From Lingula anatina (taxonomy: Eukaryota; Animalia; Brachiopoda): 64,000 nucleotides of DNA. Numbering within the stretch: position 1 is the stretch's first letter; each line of letters opens with the position of its first letter. The position numbers and the translations under genes were made by a program. The DNA lies in contig CM120641.1 of NCBI GenBank assembly GCA_051362555.1, positions 35,532,401 to 35,596,400 of the forward strand. The letters are read 5' to 3'. This document shows, piece by piece, positions 50,239-62,776 of the stretch. The notes under the pieces were generated by a model. The model saw only the letters and a program-made list of their open reading frames with translations, had not been told where the DNA came from and made no database searches.

Positions 50239-50526
50239 TCATACAATTTTCTTCACCATTTCACTCAGATCCCAGCTCTCCAAATTCCCTGCCCTCCTTC
50301 TGCTCTTGTATTCCATTTTGAGATTCTTAATTTTAAATCGGCACTGGTCAGGAGTTTTGTCAAACTGTTTCAGCTTCAACATCTGCGAAAGTTGAAGGTA
50401 AACCTTCAAGTTGTGGTAATTATCCTGAAGTTGTTTCTGTATTCTTTCTTCTGCACACATGTTGATCAGCAACAGCACCTCCTGCCTTGTCCACAATATG
50501 CGAGGCCGTGGCAAGTAAGATAAGCT
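50239..50526 (-). CDS. Alternative terminal cassette 2, Myb/SANT-like DNA-binding domain
   Basis: Phase-0 acceptor cccttttccttcaactcag|AGC; no ATG before the domain; LWTRQEVLLLINMCAEERIQKQL...VYLQLSQML...KTPDQCRFKIKNLKMEY. Confidence 0.8.
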   Translation of the reverse strand, partial: SLSYLPRPRILWTRQEVLLLINMCAEERIQKQLQDNYHNLKVYLQLSQMLKLKQFDKTPDQCRFKIKNLKMEYKSRRRAGNLESWDLSEMVKKIV

Positions 50527-50679
50527 CTGAGTTGAAGGAAAAGGGACAAAGTAAGATGACAGTTACCCCTAACAAGTTGCAATGTCCCTTACATTGCCAT
50601 ACCTAAAAACTCTGTCACATGTAACATACTGTGTACTACAATGTTACTCAGATATTTCATCAAAAAATACTATACCAAC

Positions 50680-50721
<42 letters not shown>

Positions 50722-52619
50722 ATCTGACAATCTGTCTCACCTAACACACTCTTAACATGTAACAAGGCTTACCTGAAACACTGCAATAACCAACCCCCTG
50801 CCTCTCTTAACATTGTCACCTAGATTGATTTCAGTACTCACTGTTACATTTCAATTGTCACACATACCTCACTGATAAATTTTGTTTTTAACAATTATAA
50901 GATACGATACCATGTTTAACTGTTATAAGATACAATGCTTTGCTCTGTCATAATAAATAAACAAAGCAGTTCGCACTTGACATTGTCATATATCGTGTGT
51001 TCTTAATTTATTGCCTGACAAAGACCTTTAATTTACATAATTGTAATGTTTATGTAAGGCCTCAACAGAATAATTATAAAAATTTTTACTAAAACCTGTC
51101 TAGTGCCATGTTACATATTACACCCAATCCACTGAAAGCCAAAGATAACAAATCAGAGAGTGCAAGACATGATGTCATGTAGTATATCAAGGCAAGTTCT
51201 GCCATCCCAAAATAATGTATTCTGTTGAATGAATGAAAAACCTGGTTTTCACAACCTGGGGAATATTCAGGATGTAGAAATATATATTTTTTTACCAATA
51301 ATCAAATCAAGTAAATGAGTATAATGCTGAGATAAAAGAGTAAGACTAGGGATGTTGGTTCTGTATGGCACATTTGGATCTGCACCAGGCCCACATACCT
51401 GTCCTATACTAAAGTTGCATTAGGAACAGATGATTCTTGGATCTTCTGATCCCCAGATCAAATATGGCAGACTCTACATGAAAACAAGACCACCTAATCC
51501 TTAAGTAGTCTCCTCGCCTCCACACAAATTAAATTTCGGCTTTGAGGTTAAATTGCAAGGCCCCTGCACGGAAGGTGCGTGTGGAGGCAGGAAGACCATT
51601 AAGGGATTATTTGGTATTGCTTTTTAGTAGAATGGGCCATATTTAGTCTGCAGATCAGAAAGTCTGCAGATCATCTGTTGTGAATGCGACCTAACTATTA
51701 ACTGGGTAAAACAATGTCCCTGGTGGCTTATGTGAACCATAACATCGTATTAGTTGTGACCATGGGCAAATGTGTTAGGTGTGGCATTGGATTTCATGAT
51801 ATTGAAAAAAAAAATGACAACAGTAATGTTGGAGGTATGACAGTGTGACAGATGTGACAATATGTAAGGTGTGCCACTTAAACCAAGCAAAATTTACATG
51901 TAATGTGTGTGCGAATTCTTTGAACCAGATTAAACCAAGTGACTCCTCTAAATATGTAACTTCTATTATGTAACACCCATGTAAAAAAAATTGAAAGCAG
52001 AACTCAATACAGACATCTCACATTTACCAATACAGGCAAATTATGAACTTTCTTGAGGCTCACTCACAAATATTCTCATTTGCCAAATCACTACTGTTCA
52101 TTTTTAGATGAAATTCAATATTCTTTTAAAATTACTTCCAGTCCAGGTCCGTGCACTTTATTAAATAAAATAAACTGTTTCAGTTATGATATTAGAGAGT
52201 TGCCAGTGCCATTGGGATACGATGGCTGGATTGATATGTATTTGTATACGTAACCACTAACCTGCTATTGTTTATCAAGTTCCAGTAATGCTGGCTTTTC
52301 CTGTCAAAGGTGGTGCTCCTTCCAACACATGGAATTCATAATATGAATTCATGAGATGCTTTGTATGCTTTTAAACATCCAAGGAAGCACAGGATATGTC
52401 ACCCATGTTCCTTTAAAGCCAAGGTATGTTTTTTTTGTGACAGTAATTTTTAGTAATTTCTGGTTTTAATTCATGTTTCACAAGGGCCTACAATCAAGTC
52501 TTTTGCACTTTTAAGTTAAAACAGAACATCTGAACTAAAGTAAAACAACTCACTGTTGTCAATATGTAATAACTTAAACTGGCAGTTAATAAACAATATA
52601 CAACATGTATGCACTAATG

Positions 52620-53150
52620 CTGTGATTATTTACTACATAATTTTGGATCTGTTGGGGCAATTGCTTACGATATGAGTGCACATAAATCCAGTTCCGAATT
52701 CAGTTTTAATTCCTGCAAACCTGGTAATTTACTCTGACCCGATTTTGTTTTTATTCCAGGTTTAATTTGGATACTCTTACAGATGAACAGTGTACAGAAT
52801 ATTTTAGATTCTACAAGAGATTAGTCAGGGTTCTTCACATTCCCAATAAAATCAATAAGGCACATATAGTGTGTTTACAGGATAGTATAATATGAGCCAA
52901 GAAATGATGAAGGGCAAACAGTATAACAAGACTGTGAACTTACTAGTAAAGAAAATGACAAGTATATAGTGGATTGCTTATTAGTAAATTGTATCTGTGA
53001 AATTTTTCTTTGCTGGGAGCAAATAACTTATGCACCTTTCCAAATGTGATCTTCATTCGAATGGAATTGACTGTTATACCTGTTTATGCACTCATTTCTA
53101 CGGAAGTTGTTTTCCCATCTCTTTATGTAATCTGAGAATAATGTAAAACA
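52620..53150 (+). mobile_element. Harbinger transposase relic convergent on the Myb cassette
   Basis: After ttccag at ~52760 reads FNLDTLTDEQCTEYFRFYKRLVRVLHIPNKI, like Harbinger transposase N-termini; RNGIDCYTCL at ~53058 resembles the C-terminal N-x-x-x-C-L motif; tandem repeats at 53330-53790 lie between the two convergent units. Confidence 0.6.
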
Positions 53151-53814
53151 GAACAAAACATTATTCACTATATCATTATTGCATAATGAGTTTGTCATTT
53201 ACAAATATAAAGGCTTCCGTACAGTACATAAGCCTTAAAAAGTATTGACCCTACTTAGTTTTGGCACGAAATGAAATATAACACTTAAATGTCTTTAAAA
53301 TACTGTACAAAGAGCTACATGTCTCAAATTGAGTAAATTCACTGTCAACTTCACAAACAGTGATTCAGCTGAAGGCAGAACTAGTTTTGGCACTTGGAAT
53401 GTCAGACTTATCATCTTAAAATGCTGTACAATTGGATTCATTATAGCTACATTATTACTTGGGTTCACTAGAAAAGATGTTAATTCTTTGAAATAAACCG
53501 GGATAATACCTTTATTTAATATGATGAAATACACCCCAGTAAAAAAAAAACACAAAATATACAACTTAATTTGAAATTCAACTGAATACAAAATCATTTA
53601 TGACACAAATTTAGCAAGTTTACTGCTGAATTCACAAACAGGAGTTTCAGCTGATAGAAAATGACTTTTTGCACCTGTACTAATGGAAATATTACATTTA
53701 TTGTCATAAAATGAATTAAAATAATACAAATTATTTCCCATAAATTAAGCTAGTTCCCTGCTGAATTCACAGAGTTTCAGCAAAAGGCAAGGGATAATAA
53801 AATGTTTGCCATGC

Positions 53815-54900
53815 CTAATTTTCATTTTTTTCAATAAGCTTCGCAAGCATGGCAAACATTTTCTCATCCCTTGCCCTTTCTTGTTCAAGGCGCTGGGTCT
53901 CGTGTTGAAAGCGCTGAGTCTCCAGCTCCTGCTGTCTCCTCCTTAATTCGAAATACTCTTCAAAACTGGGGCCTGAGTGTCTCCTCTTGCTCGTGGATGG
54001 CTGTGTGCTTGTGGAGGGCTGCTGAGTTTCTTCCACATCTGCTGGCTCTGCTGAAATTGTCACATAAGCCTATTGTGAATAAACACATATCTATGGATTG
54101 AGCAACACAATTTCCTAAATTATATATCCAGTGATACAGCGAGTCAGACTCAAAAAAGGTTCACACATCTCAGTTTTCTGCCCAATAAACAGCTATGTAG
54201 CCAATGTTTTGATTTCATTCTAATTAGTTCCCACCATTTTTCAATTTTGATAGCCTGATCTTTCTACCCGAATGTAGCCTTTAGGTAGTGACAATTTGCA
54301 GACTTACGTTTTCTCCTCTGAGACAGCATGGCTGCCTCCCGGACTTTGAGGCCCTTATCCACATTTTCCTTCTCCTCTCTTTTTTTCTTCTCTTTTTCGC
54401 TGTTCTCAGTAGCTGCATTTTCTTCCAAGAGATAAAGAAGTTCTTGGAGAAGGCTTTCCCTCTCAGTCAATTCCTCATCTGTTCCTGATCTATACAAAAC
54501 AAAGTGAAATAAATGTACTCCTAACCCCCCCATTCTCTACAACTGATAGTGGAAAAGACATTTTACTGACAAATGAAGTAAATTTTATAACTTCAACACT
54601 AAAAATGTCTTTGATACAAGAATCTATTCATTAAATTTTGCTGACATATACTAGGAAACTTAAACATACTCACGCCTTCAAAGACTGCATGGTCTTTTCT
54701 TGGAATGCCAGTTTGAGGGTCCTGACCCTCGCCTGGCAGCTTTTGATGTTAAAGCTGCTATGGGAGCAAAAATTGAGGTTGGTGACCACCTCCTCCCATT
54801 TGGCTCTCCCTCCTGCAAATGGATTGAGGGTGATCACCTCCCTCAATAGCATCAAATCATCTTTTGGGGTGAACCTCTTTTGTTGACTCGCGTAGGTTGA
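53815..54900 (-). CDS. Alternative terminal cassette 1, three-exon Harbinger-type Myb-like protein (214 aa)
   Basis: Exons 54900-54674, 54489-54308, 54050-53815 with canonical sites; phase-0 entry ttcattttag|TCA; RFTPKDDLMLLREVITLNPF...WEEVVTNL...SCQARV...ASGTDEELTERESLLQEL plus a coiled-coil tail; AATAAA at ~53697-53702. Confidence 0.8.
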
Positions 54901-55834
54901 CTAAAATGAAGGAAACATTGTGATATTATTTCATTACCTGCACATTACTTAAATTATTGCAAATATAATCTAAATAAAATAACAAGCAAGCAGAAGCATG
55001 TTTGGTTATAGCCCCCCCCCCCCCCCCCTCCCCTCCCAACACATAACCAGCAATTTCAAAGGGGGGAGAGGTGGTCTTTTTTCTGAAAAAAGTGGACCTT
55101 TCACCATCGAACCTTCGTGTTTAAAGCAAATCTTCAGACAATTTTTACCCAGAAGTGACCTTTCCCCAGCAAAAATGGCCGTTCATTAGACCCCCAAAAA
55201 CACCCTCTGCTATGGACGGGCCTGATAAACCAAAACTAACGACTGGTCTCCATTACACACGTGCTATGATAACATGGACATACACTTGAACTATTATAAC
55301 AAAGTATAAAGGGCATATAAATCAGTAAACATTACCTTTAATAACTATTTCTGATATCCTACTGCACTGACTGGATACGAGCACTTGTATTAGGCCGACT
55401 GCATGTGAAAGCATTCAACGTCAAAGGTGCGCGCAAACTGATTACGTATCAATCAAGCCATTGTATCCCTCCAGCAATGGAAACTCTCTATTATTGTTGC
55501 TTGAATCATATTTTGTTTTAAAATGATCTTTGTTAAAGTAAGTAGTGAGCCCTGCAATCAACGCCTCCCCTCGTGTCCAGACATCATGTTCACTCTGTGC
55601 AATTTGTTTGAGTGCACTTTTTAAAATATTTGCCATTAATTTGGATATCAAATTTAGGAAAATAACAGATAAAACTCAAAGCAGAACCATTATTAAAACA
55701 CTGTCTCTTCTTATACACAGTGCATCGTTTTTACCAAAAGAGCTCGTATCCAATTAATGATGCACTATGAAAGCACACAGGTTACATGATGAAAGACGCT
55801 GCTACAAGATGTAATATTAAAATGTGTGACTTAC

Positions 55835-57289
55835 ATTTTTACCCCTAGCAGCAGGTTGCACAGATGTTGAAGGCATATCTTGACTATGACTGCCATCTAG
55901 TGAGTGTTGCCAGGTAGGTTTCATTGATGGGAGATTGCTGTGTTCACGCGGCTGCATTGACCACATTGGCTGATTACTAGACACACTACTACTTTCAAAT
56001 CCTGCTGGTACATCTACATGTTGCATCACTGAACCAATGTCAATATCTACTAACTCTTGTTTGACTTCCACTGTATCCTGTATACTGCAAATGAGCTTTG
56101 TGTTCAGAGCTATGTCTTTATTATCATTGGATTGTGAGTCTTCCCCGTGTGATTCCGGGGTCTCATGAATGTCCACCTCTGTGATTGTATCACTTGCCTG
56201 TGGCAAAGTGCATGGACGTTTTAGTGGCATCGTCTCTTGTCCTTTTATAGAACTTGAAGCTGGTCTCTTAGCACACAGGTTTTTGTAAAGATGCACTGGG
56301 GAGACTGTTGAAGAGGCCTCCCCTTCACTGGTCCTGGAATTATTGCCTACTTCATTGAATCTATTCTCCAACTTTGCATTGTCTTGAATGGTAATAGGTG
56401 TAGGTATAGTCTGAATAGACCTGTGACTGTTTGTATCTTTATCACTAACAATCCTTTTCTCACTGGACTCTGTTAAGTCTACAAAAGAATTGGATGTAGG
56501 GTGACCTACTTTGACCCCTGCCCATCCTGTTTGCAATGCGCCATCTGCTGGTGGCTTCAAAGCTGAGTCTTGGGAAAGGTCATGTTGGGATGTGTAATTC
56601 TGTGGAGCACCAATGGTTCCTTGGAATACCTGAAACACTTTCATGATCTGGGCAACAAATCGCCCACTTTCATATCCTATCTCAAGGTTTGAGAGCTCCA
56701 AAGATATGACACCATCTTCTTTATTTTTTACCTCAATGCTGTGTTGAAACTCTCCTGAAATGAATAAACCAACAAAGGTGATAAAATAATAAATACTCAT
56801 CTTCAAATAGCACCTAACTGTTTCAAATAAAAGTTTCATGGCAAAATAGTTTTGAGGATTTCCTTCCCCACCCAGGCACTGGAGAAAATTGCCCTTGCTT
56901 TCCTTGCTTATATCTAGGTCATGCTGTAAATGAAGTTGTATTATTCTAAATTAAAAATTATCTTTAAAAAAAAAAGGCACATAAGACCTGAAAAAACATG
57001 TGATGGGAATATGAACTTTCATTCTATTGTTCTTTGTTGCGAAGTGACAAATCACATACAGTTTTTGCAAATGGTCTTTTAAAATGAGGTTTCTGTTCCA
57101 GAAGCGCTGTATTGCAAACTCTGATTAAAGAGCTCAGTTTTCTGTCTCCACACAACCTGTACCTCAAATCCTTCTCTTACCTTCTTCGTTTGTGGCCACA
57201 AACTTGCACAGCTGGCTGTCTGCCAGTGCTGCACATGTCTTTACCAGCTCCAGTGGCAAATTAATGTCAAGTTTAGAAATCTTCAACAT
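55835..57289 (-). CDS. Constant N-terminal exons of the multi-cassette gene (343 codons, no stop when spliced)
   Basis: Exon 57289-57181 (ATG in cacc ATG context, G|gtaag) and exon 56754-55835 (tttcag|GA...AAT|gtaagt, phase 0); ~85 aa ordered-looking head followed by an S/T/P/Q-rich linker with VKQE; probable non-coding first exon ending at 58106 (AAG|gtagg). Confidence 0.75.
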
Positions 57290-59480
57290 GGTGCTGTCTA
57301 AAATAATAAAAATCAACACTTCAATTTTTGTAAGTTCTTACGTTAGATATAGTTTTACTTCCCAATATGTTGGGCTGTTTAATCAACGCTCCCATTTCAA
57401 ACAGTTCTATATCAGGCACTTTTCACATCATGCAGTGCACAAAGAACTAAGGAACTGTTCTGCGCTGTTCTGACAATTTTGATGCCTGGCCATTACATAA
57501 GGTCAACTGTATAAGGTAATTACCTAAACCAGCCCCATGCTTGACAATGTCAGTAAAACTGATGAATTTTGATTGGTCTTTGATAAGTACATTGGGTTTG
57601 TGAAACGAGGGGCTTTATACCCCCCCCCCCCCCCCCCCCCCCCCCCCCGCATGAACTCCCTTGGATATTGATATTGTGTAATCATCTAACTTTGTACATT
57701 TGTACTCTCTTTCTCCTAAACAATCAGAAACTCCTGAAAATTGCACATATGGCTATGCAACAAGCATGTAAGTATTTATACTTTCATACCAGAGGTGAAT
57801 TTGCAGGGTCCATTGCTCAAGTGCCAATTTCTCTACCTCGGTGGTCGGAGGGGTCTGTTACTATTTTGGTAAACAAATCTTATTTGTTGGTTTGCGGTAG
57901 ATTTTACGGCAGTAGATCTAAGAACATACATACAAAGATATATTCCCGAGGACAAAGAACAACTTGAGCGGCAATGAATGAATGATGCACATCATCGACA
58001 TCGGGGCTTCACTTAAATCTTCAAAGATATGACCTATGACCTATCTTCTGCATCGATTTTCTTTGTATTAATATTTGAAGATACGATAAACAGCTTTAGA
58101 CCTACCTTTACTCTGCCTGAGAGCTGATTATCGCATTTAATAGTCGCAGAATTTCAACTCACTCACGCTGCTAAATCAACCTTCTTGTAATGTATTGCGG
58201 TTTACCCGCCACCTATCGTCGGAAGAGTTAACCATTGGCATGTACTATTGGCATATGAGCTAATAACAATAATAATAATACAAGCAAAGGGATAAGATCC
58301 TTTTTAATATTTGACACTAATGAAATTAATCATGCACACTTTACTATTTCAGTCGCACCCTAAATTAAATATCTTTAGTTTAAAAGAAAATAAACTTCCC
58401 TTCTATGTTGGAGAGTGCTATATATCGCATTATAGTAAGACAGAAGAAAAAAAAAATTGTTACAAACTTTTTTAAATGCCCAAGGTTCAGCTTGCGAATG
58501 CTTCTAGTTGAGCACAACACATTTTGTACAAGTTTCACAATAGGACATAAAAATATTAACAAGGTAACTTGGTATGTTTTTGAGAATGTCATAAACTCAG
58601 ATCTATACCAAGTTAATTATACCTATTAAATTGTAATATTTTTAAATCTTAAATCTTTTTTAATCTTAATTTAACAAAATCTCAGAGATTTTATTTAATG
58701 ATTACTTTTAAGATGTAATAAAAAACAATGAAATGTTTTATTCAAATAAATAAAATTACATACATTCAATTTACATATTTATATACAATGTTGTTTTACA
58801 TACTTTTTGGGGGGGTTCTAGTAAGCCTCCAAAAGGGTAATAGTATCTGATATGTTCACGGAAACAAATTAATCCCAATGAACAACTTTTAATTTCTCAA
58901 CCATTACCAAGTGAGCATTCAGTTATTTCTCAAGAAATGTCTGTGATGTCAACTGAGTAACCCCTCTTTAAACAGTTGAAAATAAGTTAACATTTGTAGC
59001 TGCATGCATGATAATTTTTTTAAAAATGCAAATTGTCTCTCTCCCTCTTTTACATGAGGTGGAAGTGAGATCATAACAACATTCTGGCTATGTTAGAAAT
59101 CCCCACAAGGATTCCCACATTTTAACTATCTGTAAAAACAATATAACAATAATGAAACTTGATGCTACACGTATTTTTCATATAGAAACTGTGGGAAATT
59201 TACGTCCTCTTATCAAATCTATTTTCATCTTTTTCTGCATTTTATTTTTTTTTATTTTTTTATTATTATTATTATTTTTTGTAACTGTCTTCTAGCACTT
59301 TGAGCCTTCAAAGGTTTTTCATCAGTCTGCAGTGTGACATCAGGCCCAAGATATACAGTCTTGATGGAAGCTACGTTCACTGGTACAATATGCTGGGCTT
59401 GACAGCGTTGAGTCTTTCGACATGTTGTGGTAGATATTACAGAGAATATTTTTGGATGGGACAATCGTTAGTTAGGTGTT

Positions 59481-62400
59481 CTAATCAATATGCTGATGCT
59501 CTGCTCCTATATGCTGTAAAAATGTCCAAATTTTACGTCCTGTTCGTGATCTTGCAAAGAGAATTCCACAAAAGGTAATCACAAACACCCATGATACACA
59601 GAGCACAAGGTCTGTGTCTTGTGTAGGCACACTGGGCAGAGGACCCAAATAATCTTCCTCTAATACTGTAATATTATCTAAAGGATGAAGTCCTGAAACA
59701 AAGATACAGATCATTTTCTAAGCACTGTAACAGTTGTCTATGTCTATTATTAAGTGTACACTTTTAATGTTACTTTCTTTCTATCATACTTTATCTGTTA
59801 ATAGATTTTTTTTAATTGGCATTTTTTTTATACAAGAACTTCATTTGGAATTTTCTAACTGAATGATTTCTTGTAAATTTAACACAAAATATTATAGTAT
59901 GAGCTATGAGCCAGCATTTTGTGATCTGTGCCATAATATACCATACCTGTGATGTTAGTGACAAAATTAACAAAATTTGTAAAGTTTCTTTCTTGAAGTG
60001 GAAACTTTGCCACAGCCTTTGAATTGTGGAAAATCACTACATTTGGCACTGCCACTGTTCCAAACCTGGCATTTAAACTGAAAACAAAGCCACAAAATTC
60101 TGTAAAAATGATAAGCAGTCTTTTTACATCAATATTTCAAAGCAAAGATAATATCAAAATGGTGTAGGAAAGGGATTCAGAAATAAAGGTGTTTGTTTCA
60201 GAGATAAGTGAAAACAATATGTAGACACTGATTGCTTCTATTACATCAAATTTTGCCTTCAAATAACATGACATAATGAGGGAAGTTACAGAGTCAGAGC
60301 ACTATGTGTACAGATTGAACATTTTGCCATTTGTTAATAAAATTGCAAGAAATCAAATTTAATGTGTCAGGTATTCCAGTTTGCTGGGCGTAATAATAAG
60401 ACCATCTGAATTTACCTATTTAATTGCACTGCATCTACAGCCACCACTTCCAACTGAGGAAAAGCCCGAGCCACTGCATTATAATGAGGAGCTGTCCTTG
60501 CACAAAACATGCACCAAGGTGCATAAAACATCACTAGAACACAGTTCCCTTCGCTTTCATTTTTAAACGTTAATCTGTGCAACAAGGTGGTGCTATTCAC
60601 CAGCCGAACTGTAGCAACAGTTTCATTTGTCAAATTGCGGCCTATGCATGAGAATTTTTTCACTTTTGCAGTGGTGTTATTGTGTAGGGTGCTGTTTGCA
60701 TTAACAGTCTCATTGCCAGCAGGTGGCACCAGTGAATTATCTTGAGATGATTCAGATGTATTAGCTGCCTCTCCAGAGGTTTCTTCTTCTGAAAAAAAAA
60801 TATCAAAAATTACTATTTGTGTTTAGTGTGATACCATGTTAAGGGCAATATGTGTGTAAAAAAACTCTAGCCACAATTAAGTTTGTTAAATGATCTCAGA
60901 TATGAAATTGTTCATGACATTTAAAGGAAAGTTCTAAACATTTGTCACTGACATTGTGGTTTGAAAATGGGCAATTTTTATAATTTTACCTGGAATTATC
61001 AGTGAGCAAATTTTACTAGTAAGTGACACTCAATAGTGTGACATACTGACCTGACTGTGACATACTAGATTTGGCATACTCACCTGACACACCATCAAAG
61101 CTATAAGGGTTCATCACACGGTGCAAAATATCTCTCAAAGTCAAAGCACCATCCTCTTGTTTCTCCTCTCCTTTATCTGCACCTGAACCCTCCTCTGCAG
61201 CCTTGATCTTTTGGCCTGATGTTTCATCCGAGGCAGAGACCTCAACCTCTTCAGCAACTACAGTGTCAGATGTTCCATCTTCAACAGGAACTTCAATTTC
61301 TGCTTCCCTTGTTTGCTCAACGTCATCTGTCGCCAACACTAATGCAAAACCTGCAAGAAATATGCATCATCCAGCTGAGCTGCAGACACAATGTTTCTCT
61401 CATCTGTTACCAAATCAAATGTTGTAGGCCTAATAAAATATGCATAAATTTTAAGACTCACATTATATAAGGACGACAAGAGCAGAGAGCAAATCATCAT
61501 TACGCAGGTTAGGTTATTCACAGTTCTGATACTACTCTGTTTGCAATTAATAATGAAAACCTTATGTATATTAACATATTATAAGATAGAAAATAGCAAG
61601 CTTCTTTGTCAAAGTATATTCAAACATTTCTATTTATGATTATCCTCAAGTTTAGTTGACATTTGTAACATGCCACTACACAACTATAACTTGAATTTTT
61701 TGTTCTACCATCTAATCTGGAATTTTTCAATAAAATTTACACCAAAAGATACATTGTTAAAAGTTATGAGCATACACACAAATCATTTATTGGTTTTTTA
61801 ATGAAGCGGCACTGCCAACTTGGTTAGGAATTTTTTTATTTTACCACGAAGAGCAAACATACCCCTAGCCCAGTCTTGTGCATTCTCCAAAACTCAAGTT
61901 TGGACTAAGGGAAACAGGGGATGATTCTAATCTAGGTTTACAATAAACCATCTATATTAATGCACATTAGTCACCTTGAGGGCATAAAATGTGTTAGACC
62001 TTAATTTAGCAAATAGGAATAATAATAATAAATAAATAAACTAATTTTGTGCATGGGACATGAGGATTAAATGAAATATTCATAAAAAATTAACCGATTT
62101 TGAACTTTTTATTTTTTGTTAATGGTAAACTAGTGTGGAATTTTTGCCAATGTGGTTTTCAGATTGATGAACCGAACAAAATGAGCTAGCTGTTCGAACC
62201 TGTTCACATTGCTACTGAATGTTATAAGTGCAAGGAGATGTACCTCCTCAGTTACGTGCCGTTACTACTTAGTTACACCAGGGAATTATATCCGATATAA
62301 TTCGCTGGTTATACTGTTATAATGTATACCCCCCCCCCCCCCTCCCCAAGTGTTAAAGGTCTCACATTGTCTCTTTTCCCTAGTAAGATCAGACAAGCTA

Positions 62401-62560
62401 CATTACTATATTTGGTATCAATAATCATATTCCTAACGCAGAAGAATATGATGGCAACCTCTCTTCTATTAAAAACACAGCATCAAAATGACCCACCTAA
62501 CAGGAAAAACAAACAGTGCAGTACAATCCTGTGTGAATGAAGTTTCACACAGACGGCCAT
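59481..62560 (-). CDS. TXNDC15: Thioredoxin domain-containing protein 15, 5 exons, ~348 aa
   Basis: Exons 62560-62497, 61350-61084, 60788-60416, 60077-59947, 59692-59481; signal peptide, acidic linker, CVLVMFYAPWCMFCARTAPHYNAVARAFPQL, SLNARFGTVAVPNV, GPLPSVP, C-terminal TM and EHQHID end. Confidence 0.9.
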
Positions 62561-62776
62561 AATTTCTTGACCTATATTTAGAAATGTAGGTTATCAGTTA
62601 CCTTCACTGTGATTGGTCCGATGGATCTGTCGAGGACAAGCACCAATCAAAGTAGCCGAGACATTTTTATCAATTATTAATTTAGCTAGCACGTTTATTG
62701 GATACCGGTGCATATACTAAAGGGGGAGGCAAGAAACTGGGACTCTGTTACAACGAGTAGACAGTCACCACCGAAA
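62561..62776. promoter_or_regulatory. Compact bidirectional promoter TXNDC15/ELOVL
   Basis: Only 216 bp between divergent ATGs; two oppositely oriented CCAAT boxes (gattgg ~62611, ccaat ~62643). Confidence 0.65.

Noticed and set aside
43095-50526. Treating the small minus-strand ORFs as independent single-exon genes or intact transposons
   Set aside because: No TIRs or transposases around them, some lack an ATG before the domain, and all share phase-0 acceptors; the cassette model explains more, though it is unproven.
62708-62776. ORF-track start of the elongase at a GTG
   Set aside because: The first in-frame ATG at 62777 gives a typical ELOVL6 length; the upstream part is UTR or promoter.
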